A stretch of DNA of 61,087 nt, the filler included. It is 3 parts of 3 records of this genome, joined end to end, with 100 filler letters (N's around TTAATTAATTAA, not from the genome) between each part and the next. Parts side by side here need not be neighbours in the genome. Positions count along the whole stretch, not along the records: positions 1 to 5,300 come from SRR20825006_2456; positions 5,401 to 30,702 come from SRR20825006_2459; 1 more part is not named here. The stretch is one strand, 5' to 3'. A program made the position numbers and the translations under genes. Numbering within the stretch: the first letter of the stretch is position 1; every line of letters begins with the position of its first letter. Below the pieces are notes generated by a model that was given only the letters and a program-made list of their open reading frames with translations, was not told the origin of the DNA and ran no database searches. Of this stretch, positions 1 through 9,422 are shown one piece after another.

Positions 1-878
1 TTCTGATCCAATTCAACCACTTCATTTGGATGGTTGATCCTGCTCCAAGAAAGGTCGGTAATGTGAACCAATCCATCTACTCCACCAAGATCAATAAAGA
101 CACCGTAAGAAGTAATGTTTTTAACAACACCTTCCAATACTTGTCCTTTTTCCAATTGACCGATGATCTCTTTTTTCTGTTCTTCGATATCAGCCTCGAT
201 CAACGCCTTATGGGAAACTACTACGTTTTTGAATTCATGGTTTATCTTAACCACTTTGAATTCCATAGTTTTGTTTACATACTGGTCGTAATCACGGATT
301 GGCTTAACATCAATTTGTGAACCTGGTAAGAAAGCTTCGATACCGAAAACATCTACGATCATACCACCTTTTGTGCGGCATTTTACGTAACCATTTACGA
401 TTGTAGCTTCGTCATGAGCTGCATTTACGCGATCCCAAGCCTTAATAGTTCTAGCTTTACGGTGGCTAAGAATTAATTGACCTGTACTGTCCTCACGAAC
501 ATCGATCAATACTTCTACTTTGTCACCAACTTTTAAATCTGGATTGTAGCGGAATTCGTTTAATGAAACAACACCTTCACTTTTTGCGTTGATGTCGATA
601 ATTGCATCACGATCTGTGATGTAAACCACTTTTCCTTCAACAACTTCGTCATCTAAAGTGTCTACGAAATTCGCAGCTACTAATTTTTCAAATTCTTCTA
701 ACTTTCCATCATCGATTGGGTCAATACCTTCTTCGTAATTGTGCCAGTTAAAATCTGCAAGAAATTTTTCAGGATTGCTTTCTTTAAGAGAAACTTCCTT
801 TTGGGGTTTTGTAGCTTCCCCGTTTTGAGTTGCAGTATCTTCTACCTGCACTTCTTCTTTGTTTGCTTTATCAGCCAT
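1..878 (-). CDS. rpsA: 30S ribosomal protein S1 (partial, 3' part runs off the window)
   Basis: Manual translation from ATG at 878: MADKANKEE...FNWHNYEEG...DAIIDINAKSEG...KCRTKGGMIVDVFGIEAFLPGSQIDVKP, matching S1 repeats. It is absent from the ORF track, probably because there is no stop in the window. Confidence 0.97.
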   Translation of the reverse strand, partial: MADKANKEEVQVEDTATQNGEATKPQKEVSLKESNPEKFLADFNWHNYEEGIDPIDDGKLEEFEKLVAANFVDTLDDEVVEGKVVYITDRDAIIDINAKSEGVVSLNEFRYNPDLKVGDKVEVLIDVREDSTGQLILSHRKARTIKAWDRVNAAHDEATIVNGYVKCRTKGGMIVDVFGIEAFLPGSQIDVKPIRDYDQYVNKTMEFKVVKINHEFKNVVVSHKALIEADIEEQKKEIIGQLEKGQVLEGVVKNITSYGVFIDLGGVDGLVHITDLSWSRINHPNEVVELDQ

Positions 879-1039
879 TTGTTTGTAAAAATTAATTTTT
901 AGACTCCAATTAATTGGAAGCTTAAAAATCAATACTTTGTATTCTGTGTTATTAAAAGAATTTTAAGCGACTATCCCACAGAAGGGTTTGTTTTTGTTTT
1001 TTAATTCCTCTTATTCTTGACTCGTCGCTAAGAGGGGCG

Positions 1040-1070
1040 CAAAAATAAGGTTTTTCTTTTGAAAATCAAA
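1040..1070 (-). promoter_or_regulatory. Bacteroidota primary-sigma promoter for rpsA
   Basis: Minus strand TTTG (1070-1067), 19-nt spacer, TATTTTTG (1047-1040), fitting the TTTG-N19-21-TAnnTTTG consensus. Confidence 0.75.
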
Positions 1071-1146
1071 AGGTTTGGAAATGGAAAGTAAAAAATTTTA
1101 GTTTTTCTGAAGAAATAATTTTACAATAGGTTTTATTCAAACTATT

Positions 1147-3819
1147 TTAAAACAAAAGACCTTGCCCACCATCATCTGTTTTAGCATCATCTTCGGGGTT
1201 TTCTTGATTCGTATTTTCTTCGTTTGAAGCAACATCTTCCTCATCAACTACATCCATTTCTTCTGCTTCAATTGCAGCTGGGGGTTCGTACGGCAAGGGT
1301 TCCATTGTGTTTATTTCTAAAACTTTTTCTTTGGTAAGCTGGTTCCCCATTGCAGAAGCACCTTTTATAGCAATGAATTCTTCTAAATTCAGTTCCATAT
1401 TTTCATCCCGATCCTGCCCTCTTTTCTTTGCAAAAACTACTTCTGCCATTGGGCGATACTCCGTAAATATTTTCTCTAAGTACGAATTTGGGTGTTCGGT
1501 TATAATGGTTTCTTCCCTATCTGGATGTTCAATCAAGAAGCGTTTTACATAAAACAATTCTTTTTCACCTTCCCAATATATAGCGCTTAATGGTTTTTTA
1601 GGATCCCACTTTTCCAAAATAATCATATCGTCATCAAAACGAAGTGCTAAATCTGGAATTACTGTTTTCACGACTCCTTTTTGGTTTACAATAAGCAATC
1701 GATCTTCTTTTCTAAATTCGCCCAAAAGCTCGCCTCTATCATCAACATTAAGGCGTTGCACAGAATCGTCGAACCAAATTTTCCGTGGCTTTAAAGTGGA
1801 AAGCCCCTTCTCTTTTAATTCAATTTTTTTAATAGTATATTTAGTTACGATATTTCCTTTAGAATTACGACCTTTCACCAATTGATCTGCAAAATCAAGG
1901 TCGAATTTTAGCTTTTTAATGCTACCACTTTGACGTAAATATATAGTAACAACTTCTGCTTCCCCATTCTGGTTAGCAGTAAAATACAATACTTTAGAGC
2001 CTTTTGTTCCAGCAGACATATCATATTCCCGATCGCGGGTGGTTGATGTTACTGCAAAACGTTTTACATAATTTGCTCCACGAGCACCATCGCGATAAAT
2101 CATATTATAAATGGTGCGTTTATCCTTTTTCTTAAAAACAGCTACGTGAATAATATTTTTACCAATAAAAGTCTTGGCATCTACTTTTGTAACCATCATT
2201 ACTCCGTCTGCCGTGAAAACGATAATATCGTCAATATCACTACAATCAGTAACGTATTCGTCGCGTTTTAAGCTTGTACCCACAAAGCCTTCCTCGCGGT
2301 TTACATATAGTTTTGTGTTACGGATTACAACTTTTGTGGCTTCAATATCATCAAAAGTTCGTATTTCAGTTTTGCGTTCTTTTCCTGCTCCATAATCTTT
2401 TTTCAGCCTTTTAAAATAGTTGATTGCATATTCAATAAGATTTGCTAGATAATGTTTTATTTCAGCAATACTTTCTTCAAGTGAATCAATTTTTTGTTGC
2501 GCCTTATCAATATCAAATTTTGAAATACGTTTGATTCTAATTTCTGTTAACCGAACAATATCATCTTCAGTAACGGCGCGTTTAAGATGTTTTATATGCG
2601 GTTGCAACCCTTTATCGATTGCCGCAATTACACCTTCCCACGTTTCTTGTTCTTCAATATCGCGGTAAATTCTATTTTCAATAAAAATGCGTTCTAAGGA
2701 AGCAAAATGCCATTGTTCTTCCAGTTCATCTAATTGAATTTGAAGTTCATTTTTTAATAACTCAACCGTGCGATCGGTACTTCTACGAAGCATTTCAGAA
2801 ACACCAATAAATAGTGGTCTGTTATTTTCAATTACACAACCTAGCGGCGAAATGGAAGATTCGCATGCCGTAAAAGCATACAACGCATCAATGGTTTTAT
2901 CTGGTGAAATACCGCTTGGCAAATGGATTTGAATTTCCACTTCGGCAGCTGTATTATCCTCAATTTTTTTAATTTTTATCTTTCCCTTGTCATTGGCTTT
3001 AAGAATACTATCAATTAAGGAAGATGTATTTGTTCCGAAAGGGATTTCAGTAATTACAAGTGTATTTTTGTCTAATTGATTAATGCGAGCGCGACTGCGT
3101 ATTTTTCCACCACGAAGACCATCATTATAATTGGCAATATCCATGATGCCACCCGTTGGGAAATCTGGATAGATTTCAAATTTTTTGCCTTGTAAATGCT
3201 TTACAGAAGCATCAAGTAATTCTATAAAATTATGCGGAAGAATTTTTGTTGAAAGTCCAACGGCAATTCCTTCACCACCTTGATTTAAAAGTAATGGAAA
3301 CTTTACAGGTAAATTAATGGGTTCTTTTCTACGTCCATCATACGAAGCCTGCCACGTAGTAACTTTGGGGTTGTAAACAACATCCAAAGCAAATTTAGAA
3401 AGTCGTGCTTCAATATATCTTGAAGCTGCAGCGCTATCGCCAGTAAGTATATTTCCCCAGTTTCCTTGGGTATCTATCAACAAATCTTTTTGACCAATCT
3501 GTACCATTGCGTCAGCGATACTCGCATCACCGTGTGGATGATACTGCATGGTATGACCAACAATATTTGCAACTTTATTGTAACGCCCATCATCCAAATC
3601 TTTTATAGACTGCATGATACGACGTTGCACAGGTTTAAAACCATCCTCTATTGCAGGAACGGCACGCTCTAGAATTACATAACTGGCGTAATCTAAAAAC
3701 CAGTCGCGATACATTCCAGTTACTTTTTTTATAGTATCTCCTGAAGTATCGTCGTTAACGCCTAGATAATCTGGGCCAATATTTTCTTGTTCTTCGTTTG
3801 TAGAGAGATCGTCACTCAT
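1147..3819 (-). CDS. parC: DNA topoisomerase IV subunit A (Bacteroidota type)
   Basis: 890 aa; DGFKPVQRR, YHPHGDASI and AAASRYIEAR (catalytic Tyr) motifs; downstream of a subunit-B gene. Confidence 0.9.
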   Translation of the reverse strand: MSDDLSTNEEQENIGPDYLGVNDDTSGDTIKKVTGMYRDWFLDYASYVILERAVPAIEDGFKPVQRRIMQSIKDLDDGRYNKVANIVGHTMQYHPHGDASIADAMVQIGQKDLLIDTQGNWGNILTGDSAAASRYIEARLSKFALDVVYNPKVTTWQASYDGRRKEPINLPVKFPLLLNQGGEGIAVGLSTKILPHNFIELLDASVKHLQGKKFEIYPDFPTGGIMDIANYNDGLRGGKIRSRARINQLDKNTLVITEIPFGTNTSSLIDSILKANDKGKIKIKKIEDNTAAEVEIQIHLPSGISPDKTIDALYAFTACESSISPLGCVIENNRPLFIGVSEMLRRSTDRTVELLKNELQIQLDELEEQWHFASLERIFIENRIYRDIEEQETWEGVIAAIDKGLQPHIKHLKRAVTEDDIVRLTEIRIKRISKFDIDKAQQKIDSLEESIAEIKHYLANLIEYAINYFKRLKKDYGAGKERKTEIRTFDDIEATKVVIRNTKLYVNREEGFVGTSLKRDEYVTDCSDIDDIIVFTADGVMMVTKVDAKTFIGKNIIHVAVFKKKDKRTIYNMIYRDGARGANYVKRFAVTSTTRDREYDMSAGTKGSKVLYFTANQNGEAEVVTIYLRQSGSIKKLKFDLDFADQLVKGRNSKGNIVTKYTIKKIELKEKGLSTLKPRKIWFDDSVQRLNVDDRGELLGEFRKEDRLLIVNQKGVVKTVIPDLALRFDDDMIILEKWDPKKPLSAIYWEGEKELFYVKRFLIEHPDREETIITEHPNSYLEKIFTEYRPMAEVVFAKKRGQDRDENMELNLEEFIAIKGASAMGNQLTKEKVLEINTMEPLPYEPPAAIEAEEMDVVDEEDVASNEENTNQENPEDDAKTDDGGQGLLF

Positions 3820-4028
3820 AGTAGTTTAACTAGTCTGCAGAAATCGTTTTTGAATGATTTTAAAATTAAATAAAAAGTTGCTTAAGAAGCCTAAACACTT
3901 TATTTAACCTTAATCTTTGATAGCGATACTGACTTTGATGTTTAATAGAATTTTTAAAGTGTAAATATAATAGCTATTCACTTTTAAAAAAAGTTTAGCT
4001 ATAACACTTTAATGTAAATATAGAGATA

Positions 4029-4724
4029 TTATTCACTTTTCTTTGTAATGGTAATGGCTGCATTTTCAATACTGAAACTAATAACTCCACAATTAATACA
4101 TGTTTGAAAAGTTGCTTTAATTTCATCATTTACATTCATATACCTTGTAGCATAAAGAGATTTTGTTGTAGTTGATTCGTTTTGAGAAACATAATTTATT
4201 GATGCAGGCCCCAACTTTAAAGTGCCAATATGAGCATTAAGATTAAGAGTTGGAGTAACAGTTAATATCACTGAAACCTCATAATAACCAGCTTTTTTTA
4301 CGGTATATTTATTTGAAGCGAAATTACCATCGGATATATCAACAGTGCCAAAAGCAAGGTCTGAAACACCTCCATTACCAGGGAGTGTTTGTGTACTTGC
4401 ACTTCTTGCAGCTACTATTACCTGAGGTACATACTTATCATTTGTGATTAATTTTTGCCAAAAACGTCCAGTATTAACATAGATACCTGGAACAACATCA
4501 GCTGTAGTCGCTAGATTGTAAACCACCATTCCTTGTACGTGCGATGAAAGTGGGGAAGCACTAACAGTTGCGGATAAATTAACTCGAGGCGGTAAAAAGC
4601 CTTTATTAGCAGAATTAATATCTAAAATTGAGTTCGTATTTGGATCAGTCGTGCCGATTCCAACTTGCCCTAATAGTTTAAAACTTGTAATAAGCAAAAC
4701 AATTACGATCGTTATTTTTCTCAT
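4029..4724 (-). CDS. Secreted hypothetical protein with QVGIGTTxP N-terminal module and beta-rich (possibly C1q-like) C-terminus
   Basis: Signal peptide, then QVGIGTTDPNTNSILDINSANKGFLPPRV...GMVVYN...PGIY, a recurrent flavobacterial module. Confidence 0.65.
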   Translation of the reverse strand: MRKITIVIVLLITSFKLLGQVGIGTTDPNTNSILDINSANKGFLPPRVNLSATVSASPLSSHVQGMVVYNLATTADVVPGIYVNTGRFWQKLITNDKYVPQVIVAARSASTQTLPGNGGVSDLAFGTVDISDGNFASNKYTVKKAGYYEVSVILTVTPTLNLNAHIGTLKLGPASINYVSQNESTTTKSLYATRYMNVNDEIKATFQTCINCGVISFSIENAAITITKKSE

Positions 4725-4895
4725 CTGACAAAAGTGTGATATTCAAAATATTTTAGCAATAAATATAGTGATTTATCAACAAAAAGATTGATTTTTAGTG
4801 AATATCTAAATTAAACTATCTAGCCAAAAAAAAACAGCAATCTCAATAAAAACATTACTAATAATTGCACTTACCAACTATTAACAATCAAGTAG

Positions 4896-5300
4896 TTACC
4901 CTTCAACCCTATCCATTTCAACCTTTAAATTATCAATAATAAATTCTTGTCTGTCAGGTGTATTTTTTCCCATATAAAAAGAAAGAAGCTCCTCAATACT
5001 CATTGATTTATCGAGCATTACAGGATCTAAACGAATATCATTACCAATAAAATGCACAAATTCATCAGGCGAAATTTCACCCAAACCTTTAAATCGGGTT
5101 ATTTCAGGTTTTGGTTTTAGTTTTTCTATCGCACTTTTACGTTCTTCTTCGGAATAGCAATAAATAGTTTCCTTTTTATTCCGAACACGAAACAAAGGTG
5201 TTTGTAAGATGTATAAATGTCCTTCTTTAATCAATTCAGGGAAAAACTGAAGAAAAAATGTGATTAAAAGTAAGCGAATGTGCATTCCATCCACATCGGC
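4896..5300 (-). CDS. parE: DNA topoisomerase IV subunit B (C-terminal part, cut by the contig end)
   Basis: [18 protein letters not shown] motif, [15 protein letters not shown] and [12 protein letters not shown]. Confidence 0.9.
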   Translation of the reverse strand, partial: ADVDGMHIRLLLITFFLQFFPELIKEGHLYILQTPLFRVRNKKETIYCYSEEERKSAIEKLKPKPEITRFKGLGEISPDEFVHFIGNDIRLDPVMLDKSMSIEELLSFYMGKNTPDRQEFIIDNLKVEMDRVEG

Positions 5301-5400
5301 NNNNNNNNNNNNNNNNNNNNNNNNNNNNNNNNNNNNNNNNNNNNTTAATTAATTAANNNNNNNNNNNNNNNNNNNNNNNNNNNNNNNNNNNNNNNNNNNN
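5301..5400. other. Artificial contig linker
   Basis: N44 + TTAATTAATTAA (stops in all six frames) + N44. Confidence 0.99.
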
Positions 5401-5401
5401 C

Positions 5402-5926
5402 GGCCGTGCTACGGCCCAGGGGATGCCGGTATATGACAACACCAATTTTTTGTCCTTGGGCAAACAGTTGATCGAATCGGCCAAGCAGACCGCAGAACTC
5501 TTAAAGATGGCGGAAGAACTCAATGCCGTTAGGGAAAAGATAGAAAAGGTAAACAATGCCGTTAGGCAATACCAAGCGGTCAGGGACATTACCAAAAACA
5601 ATGAAGAGCTTTTCGAAATGGTCGGGGACGACCTAAGGGAAGTATTGAACTCTCCCTATATCCATGGGGATGAAGTGGAGGTCATCACCAATGCCTTTAA
5701 TGGCATCATGGAACATTCCCTAAATCAGCTGGAATTTATGGAACAAGTACTCAGCAATGATTTTTTGAACATGAGCGATGCGGAGCGCTTGGAGATTTTG
5801 GAGGGCCAGCGAGAGGCATCCCAAAGGATGTTGGCGGATATCAAACTCAAAAAAAGGAGATATGATATGGTGATCTCCTTTCGGAAAATGCAGACCCTTA
5901 TCAAGGACAGAAAATTGAACTATTAA
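5402..5926 (+). CDS. Conjugative transposon TraI-like / DUF4141-type protein (5' truncated)
   Basis: The frame is open from the contig start (GRATAQGMPVYDNTNF), helical, with LNMSDAERL; it lies immediately upstream of traJ-K-M-N. Confidence 0.65.
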   Translation, partial: GRATAQGMPVYDNTNFLSLGKQLIESAKQTAELLKMAEELNAVREKIEKVNNAVRQYQAVRDITKNNEELFEMVGDDLREVLNSPYIHGDEVEVITNAFNGIMEHSLNQLEFMEQVLSNDFLNMSDAERLEILEGQREASQRMLADIKLKKRRYDMVISFRKMQTLIKDRKLNY

Positions 5927-5937
5927 AGAACATCGTT

Positions 5938-6762
5938 ATGGGACTTGAATATGTGGATGCGGTCTTCCAGACCATTATGGACAGCAGTTTTGCCTCCTAT
6001 ACCATTGGAGGGATGAAGGCCTTGGCCGTGCTGTTCTTTTTGATCAACATCATCAAAAAATACTATGAGGGCGGAACGACCCGGACAGGATTGACCTGGG
6101 GGCTGACCCCGACCGATCTGATCCGGAACTTTGCGGTAGTGCTCGTAGTACTGTTCTCCACAGAAGTATTGGGCACTTTTGATACCATACTGGTGGCCAT
6201 CGAGGGACAGTATAGGGAAACGGCACCGGAACTTATACCACTTGGCCTACAAGAGGTCGAAGTAACGGAAGAACCGGGATTGTTGGATGCAGCGTCCAAA
6301 GCTATGGGGTTGCTATATGAATGGCTGTCCACTCCTTTTTTGGGACTCCGGACCCTTGCTTGGATGGGGAGTGTGGTCCTTTGGATAATGGACCTGTTCA
6401 TTTACCCGCTTTTTTTGGCCGAACGCTATTTTATCCTTGGGGTAATGCAGGCCTTTTTTCCTTTGGTCATCAGTATGGCGGTCTTTGAGAAATTCCGTGA
6501 AATGGGGTACCGCTTCTTCAGGCTCTATGCCGCGGTATATATGATCGTCCCTGCCTTCTTTTTGGTCAATGTTTTTGTCAATACCCTCTATCAGGAAGTA
6601 GTGGAGAGTTTCTGGCCCAACCTTTTTGGGACGGATTTTGGTAGCGAGCTGTTCGCTCCTGTAATCGAACTGGCAGGTATCGGCTTTATCGTGTTATTGA
6701 AATTCAAACTCTACAAACGGGCCACGACCTTCACCTTCCGGCTATTTTCAGGAGGTGCCTAA
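5938..6762 (+). CDS. traJ: Conjugative transposon TraJ-like membrane protein (VirB6-like)
   Basis: 274 aa with multiple hydrophobic segments, directly upstream of traK. Confidence 0.7.
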   Translation: MGLEYVDAVFQTIMDSSFASYTIGGMKALAVLFFLINIIKKYYEGGTTRTGLTWGLTPTDLIRNFAVVLVVLFSTEVLGTFDTILVAIEGQYRETAPELIPLGLQEVEVTEEPGLLDAASKAMGLLYEWLSTPFLGLRTLAWMGSVVLWIMDLFIYPLFLAERYFILGVMQAFFPLVISMAVFEKFREMGYRFFRLYAAVYMIVPAFFLVNVFVNTLYQEVVESFWPNLFGTDFGSELFAPVIELAGIGFIVLLKFKLYKRATTFTFRLFSGGA

Positions 6763-6789
6763 CATAACTCAATCTTTAACATAAAAGCT

Positions 6790-7407
6790 ATGAAAAAAAT
6801 ATACAGGAACATCACCGACATCCTTCGCCTAAACCGTTTTATCGTTTTGGCCGTGGTCATACTCTGTCTATTGACCAGTGGACTTTCCTTGGGCCTGCTG
6901 CACCATTATCAGGAGAAACTATTGAATTCCGCCTTTGCGATAGGTGCGAACGGTACAGTTGTACCGTTGAAACTGGTCGATCAAAAGGACAAACGGGAAG
7001 TGGAGGCCCTGGCCCACATCGACCGGTTCCATCGGCTGTTCTATGGGATTGACGGTACCGATTACCGAAGCCATCTGGAAAAGGCGCTCTGGTTGGGGGA
7101 TGCTTCTGTAGATGCCATTTATCGACAGAAAAAGTTGGATGGGGTATACAACCGTTTGGTACAGTTCTCCCTGCGCCAACAGATCGATCAGGTGGACATT
7201 GAACTGGACCTAAACTCGGAACCCTATGGTTTTCGGGCAAGGACCTTATTTGAGGTCCATAGGGGCACGATCACCGACTGCTACCAATTGGAAACATCGG
7301 GGAAACTCATTACTGTGGATCGGAACTTCCCGCACAATCCACATGGATTGCTGATCATCGATTTCTATGAGGATTCCCTCCGAAAACTGGAACCACAAAC
7401 CAAATAA
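6790..7407 (+). CDS. traK: Conjugative transposon TraK (VirB8-like)
   Basis: Single N-terminal TM; VEALAHIDRFHRLF, KALWLGD, GVYNRL and C-terminal RNFPHNPHGLLI motifs. Confidence 0.88.
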   Translation: MKKIYRNITDILRLNRFIVLAVVILCLLTSGLSLGLLHHYQEKLLNSAFAIGANGTVVPLKLVDQKDKREVEALAHIDRFHRLFYGIDGTDYRSHLEKALWLGDASVDAIYRQKKLDGVYNRLVQFSLRQQIDQVDIELDLNSEPYGFRARTLFEVHRGTITDCYQLETSGKLITVDRNFPHNPHGLLIIDFYEDSLRKLEPQTK

Positions 7408-7413
7408 AGACTT

Positions 7414-8319
7414 ATGAAACTGGAAAGAAACAAACTGTTATTCATAGGGCTGTTGGTCTGCTTACTCGGGTTTATAGTACTCTACGCCCTTTCAATGGAT
7501 AAGGAATCGGGAGATGGGGAGCTAAAACAGCCGAAGGTGCCCACATTGACGGAAGAACCTGAGGAGTACCGCTCCAAATTGGAAGCCGTGGATGCCATCA
7601 AGGAGGAACGGGAAAGGCCAAAACCAAGCCTCTACGGAGAACAGTATATCGACTCCACGGGGGGCTATGACACTACACTGGAGGATAAGGAACGTCAGCG
7701 TATCGTTGACAGTATCTACAGGGAGGGACGTATCGACTATGGAGAAGGGATGTACAGAAAGCCTAAACCAGGGACCCAAAAGGATAGTGAAATAAAATCT
7801 GAAACGCATAACCCTCACATAATATCAGAACAAGAACGTATTGATTTTTCAACGGCCCATAGCGCTTTTTTTACCACCAAGGCAATTAAGCGTGATAGTG
7901 TTCATCCACCCGTTGCAATCCAGGCCATGGTCAATGGAGAACAACGGGTGCGGGCCAAAAACCGTCTCGAACTTCGGTTAAGGGAGAATATTAAGCTCGA
8001 TGGTAAAGTTTTTAAGCGTAATGCCTTGCTCTATGGCTTTATCTCCTTTAGGACCCATCGGGTCTTTGTATCCATTGACCATATTGGTCAGCACCCGGTC
8101 CACTTGAAAGCCTATGATACGATGGATGGACGGGAAGGCATTTATATCGAGAACAGCTATAGGGAAGAAGCTGTACGGGAAGTGATGGACGATGCCGTCC
8201 AGGATATCAACCTTCCGGGGATGCCCCAGTTGGGCGGTATCAAACAAGTCTTCAGGCGTTCCAACCGAACCGTTCAGGTAACTATCCTTGACGGCTATCA
8301 ACTTTTACTTAAACCTTAA
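7414..8319 (+). CDS. traM: Conjugative transposon TraM (short form)
   Basis: N-terminal TM; C-terminal IQAMVNGEQRV...RLELRL...AYDTMDGREGIYI...VTILDGYQLLL, typical of TraM. Confidence 0.85.
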   Translation: MKLERNKLLFIGLLVCLLGFIVLYALSMDKESGDGELKQPKVPTLTEEPEEYRSKLEAVDAIKEERERPKPSLYGEQYIDSTGGYDTTLEDKERQRIVDSIYREGRIDYGEGMYRKPKPGTQKDSEIKSETHNPHIISEQERIDFSTAHSAFFTTKAIKRDSVHPPVAIQAMVNGEQRVRAKNRLELRLRENIKLDGKVFKRNALLYGFISFRTHRVFVSIDHIGQHPVHLKAYDTMDGREGIYIENSYREEAVREVMDDAVQDINLPGMPQLGGIKQVFRRSNRTVQVTILDGYQLLLKP

Positions 8320-8329
8320 ATCAAACCTT

Positions 8330-9136
8330 ATGAAAACACTTCAACGTATATCCATTTTTGTATGGTCCATTACAGCACTTCAGGCCCAGACCGACACCTT
8401 AATTGTTAATGAAACCCATCTTGTTTCCTTACTGTTTGCTGAGCCAATTACCAATGCGGTCACGGGGCATTCGAACTACACGTTTGGTTACAACACGGAT
8501 ACACCGGAAAGACTGGGGCTTTTACAAGGGCATCCTGGTGCGGACAGCAACCTTCTGGTGTTGACCAGTGACGGTCTGGCCTATTCTTTTTACCTGGCCT
8601 ATGGAAAACAGCTTAGGAAGAGCCATCGATTTATCGATAAGAAGGATGCTATTGGAAATGTGCTGATCAAAAAACGTTTGGATTCCTTGGGCCAACAGGA
8701 AAAAAGTAGGTTACAAGCCATTGTGCAATCTGACACCGTTCAGTACCGAAAGGCAAGCCATTATTTTTTGGAACGAAGTTCCAAGGTGCTCAAGTCTAAA
8801 CGTAAGAACGGAATTATTCTTCGGCTGTGCGAAGTGGGCTATTGTGGAAAGGAAACGTACCTGGTCCTAGAAATCGAAAACAAATCCAAGATTGATTTTG
8901 ATGTTGATTATATACAGATCTTTAAAGAGCAGGGGAGTGGAAGTAAAAAGTCTTCCTATCAGAAATTATTGTTGGATACCCTCTACAGGTACCGTATGCC
9001 CTCTAGGGTTCCAACAGCATACAAACAAAGGTTTGTTTGTGTAATTCCCAAAGTTACCTTGGGCAGCCGTGAAAATTTATTAGTGGAGCTTCGAGAAAAA
9101 CAAGGGAATAGACAAGTTGTTATACGTTCAAAGTAG
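8330..9136 (+). CDS. traN: Conjugative transposon TraN (DUF4138)
   Basis: Signal peptide from ATG 8330; SNLLVLTSDGLAYSF, LEIENKSKIDFDVD and LLVELREKQGNR motifs. Confidence 0.85.
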   Translation: MKTLQRISIFVWSITALQAQTDTLIVNETHLVSLLFAEPITNAVTGHSNYTFGYNTDTPERLGLLQGHPGADSNLLVLTSDGLAYSFYLAYGKQLRKSHRFIDKKDAIGNVLIKKRLDSLGQQEKSRLQAIVQSDTVQYRKASHYFLERSSKVLKSKRKNGIILRLCEVGYCGKETYLVLEIENKSKIDFDVDYIQIFKEQGSGSKKSSYQKLLLDTLYRYRMPSRVPTAYKQRFVCVIPKVTLGSRENLLVELREKQGNRQVVIRSK

Positions 9137-9183
9137 TATGTCTTTATTCTAGCATGAGGATTTTAAGCATTTTGCGATGTCCT

Positions 9184-9219
9184 AAAAGGGGGAAGGCTAC
9201 AAAAAGGGGTAAGGCTACA
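9184..9219 (+). repeat. 18-bp tandem direct repeat AAAAGGGG(G/T)AAGGCTACA x2
   Basis: 9184-9201 aaaagggggaaggctaca and 9202-9219 aaaaggggtaaggctaca, one mismatch. Confidence 0.95.
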
Positions 9220-9422
9220 GACCAATCGATACGTCCACAAAATGTAGCAATAAATAATTCTGGATTTCCTGAATTTTGAGATTAAATCTAATTCTCTGAC
9301 TTATCGTACCTACCGACTTTATAGGGTATTAACCTTTACTTAATTCACACTTTTCGTTTTGATGACATTCTGATCTAGGGGTAATTCTACCTTTCAACCC
9401 TCCTATTGCTAAAAGACAAAGT

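Larger units (their letters stand above)
5401..9320 (+). mobile_element. Distal end of a Bacteroidota integrative conjugative element (tra mating-pair cluster)
   Basis: Co-oriented traI-like, traJ, traK, traM and traN, followed by an 18-bp tandem repeat and a candidate att-like site. The right boundary is inferred. Confidence 0.8.

Noticed and set aside
30-320. Plus-strand 96-aa ORF and the many short ORFs antisense to or overlapping long genes
   Set aside because: Shadow frames of well-supported genes (here rpsA).
1-878. rpsA pseudogene or frameshift (missing from the ORF track)
   Set aside because: The translated part (878 to about 300) is in frame with intact S1 motifs; the gene simply runs off the window edge.
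3841-3860. AAATCGTTTTTGAATGATTT upstream of parC resembling the boundary motif
   Set aside because: Wrong spacing, no ACTTT arm, and on a different contig.
5345-5356. TTAATTAATTAA palindromes within N runs, and ORFs reading into the Ns
   Set aside because: Assembly linker, not biological.
9378-9390. GGGGTAATTCTAC as a third copy of the post-traN repeat
   Set aside because: Only 11/13, and positioned like a promoter element upstream of fecR.
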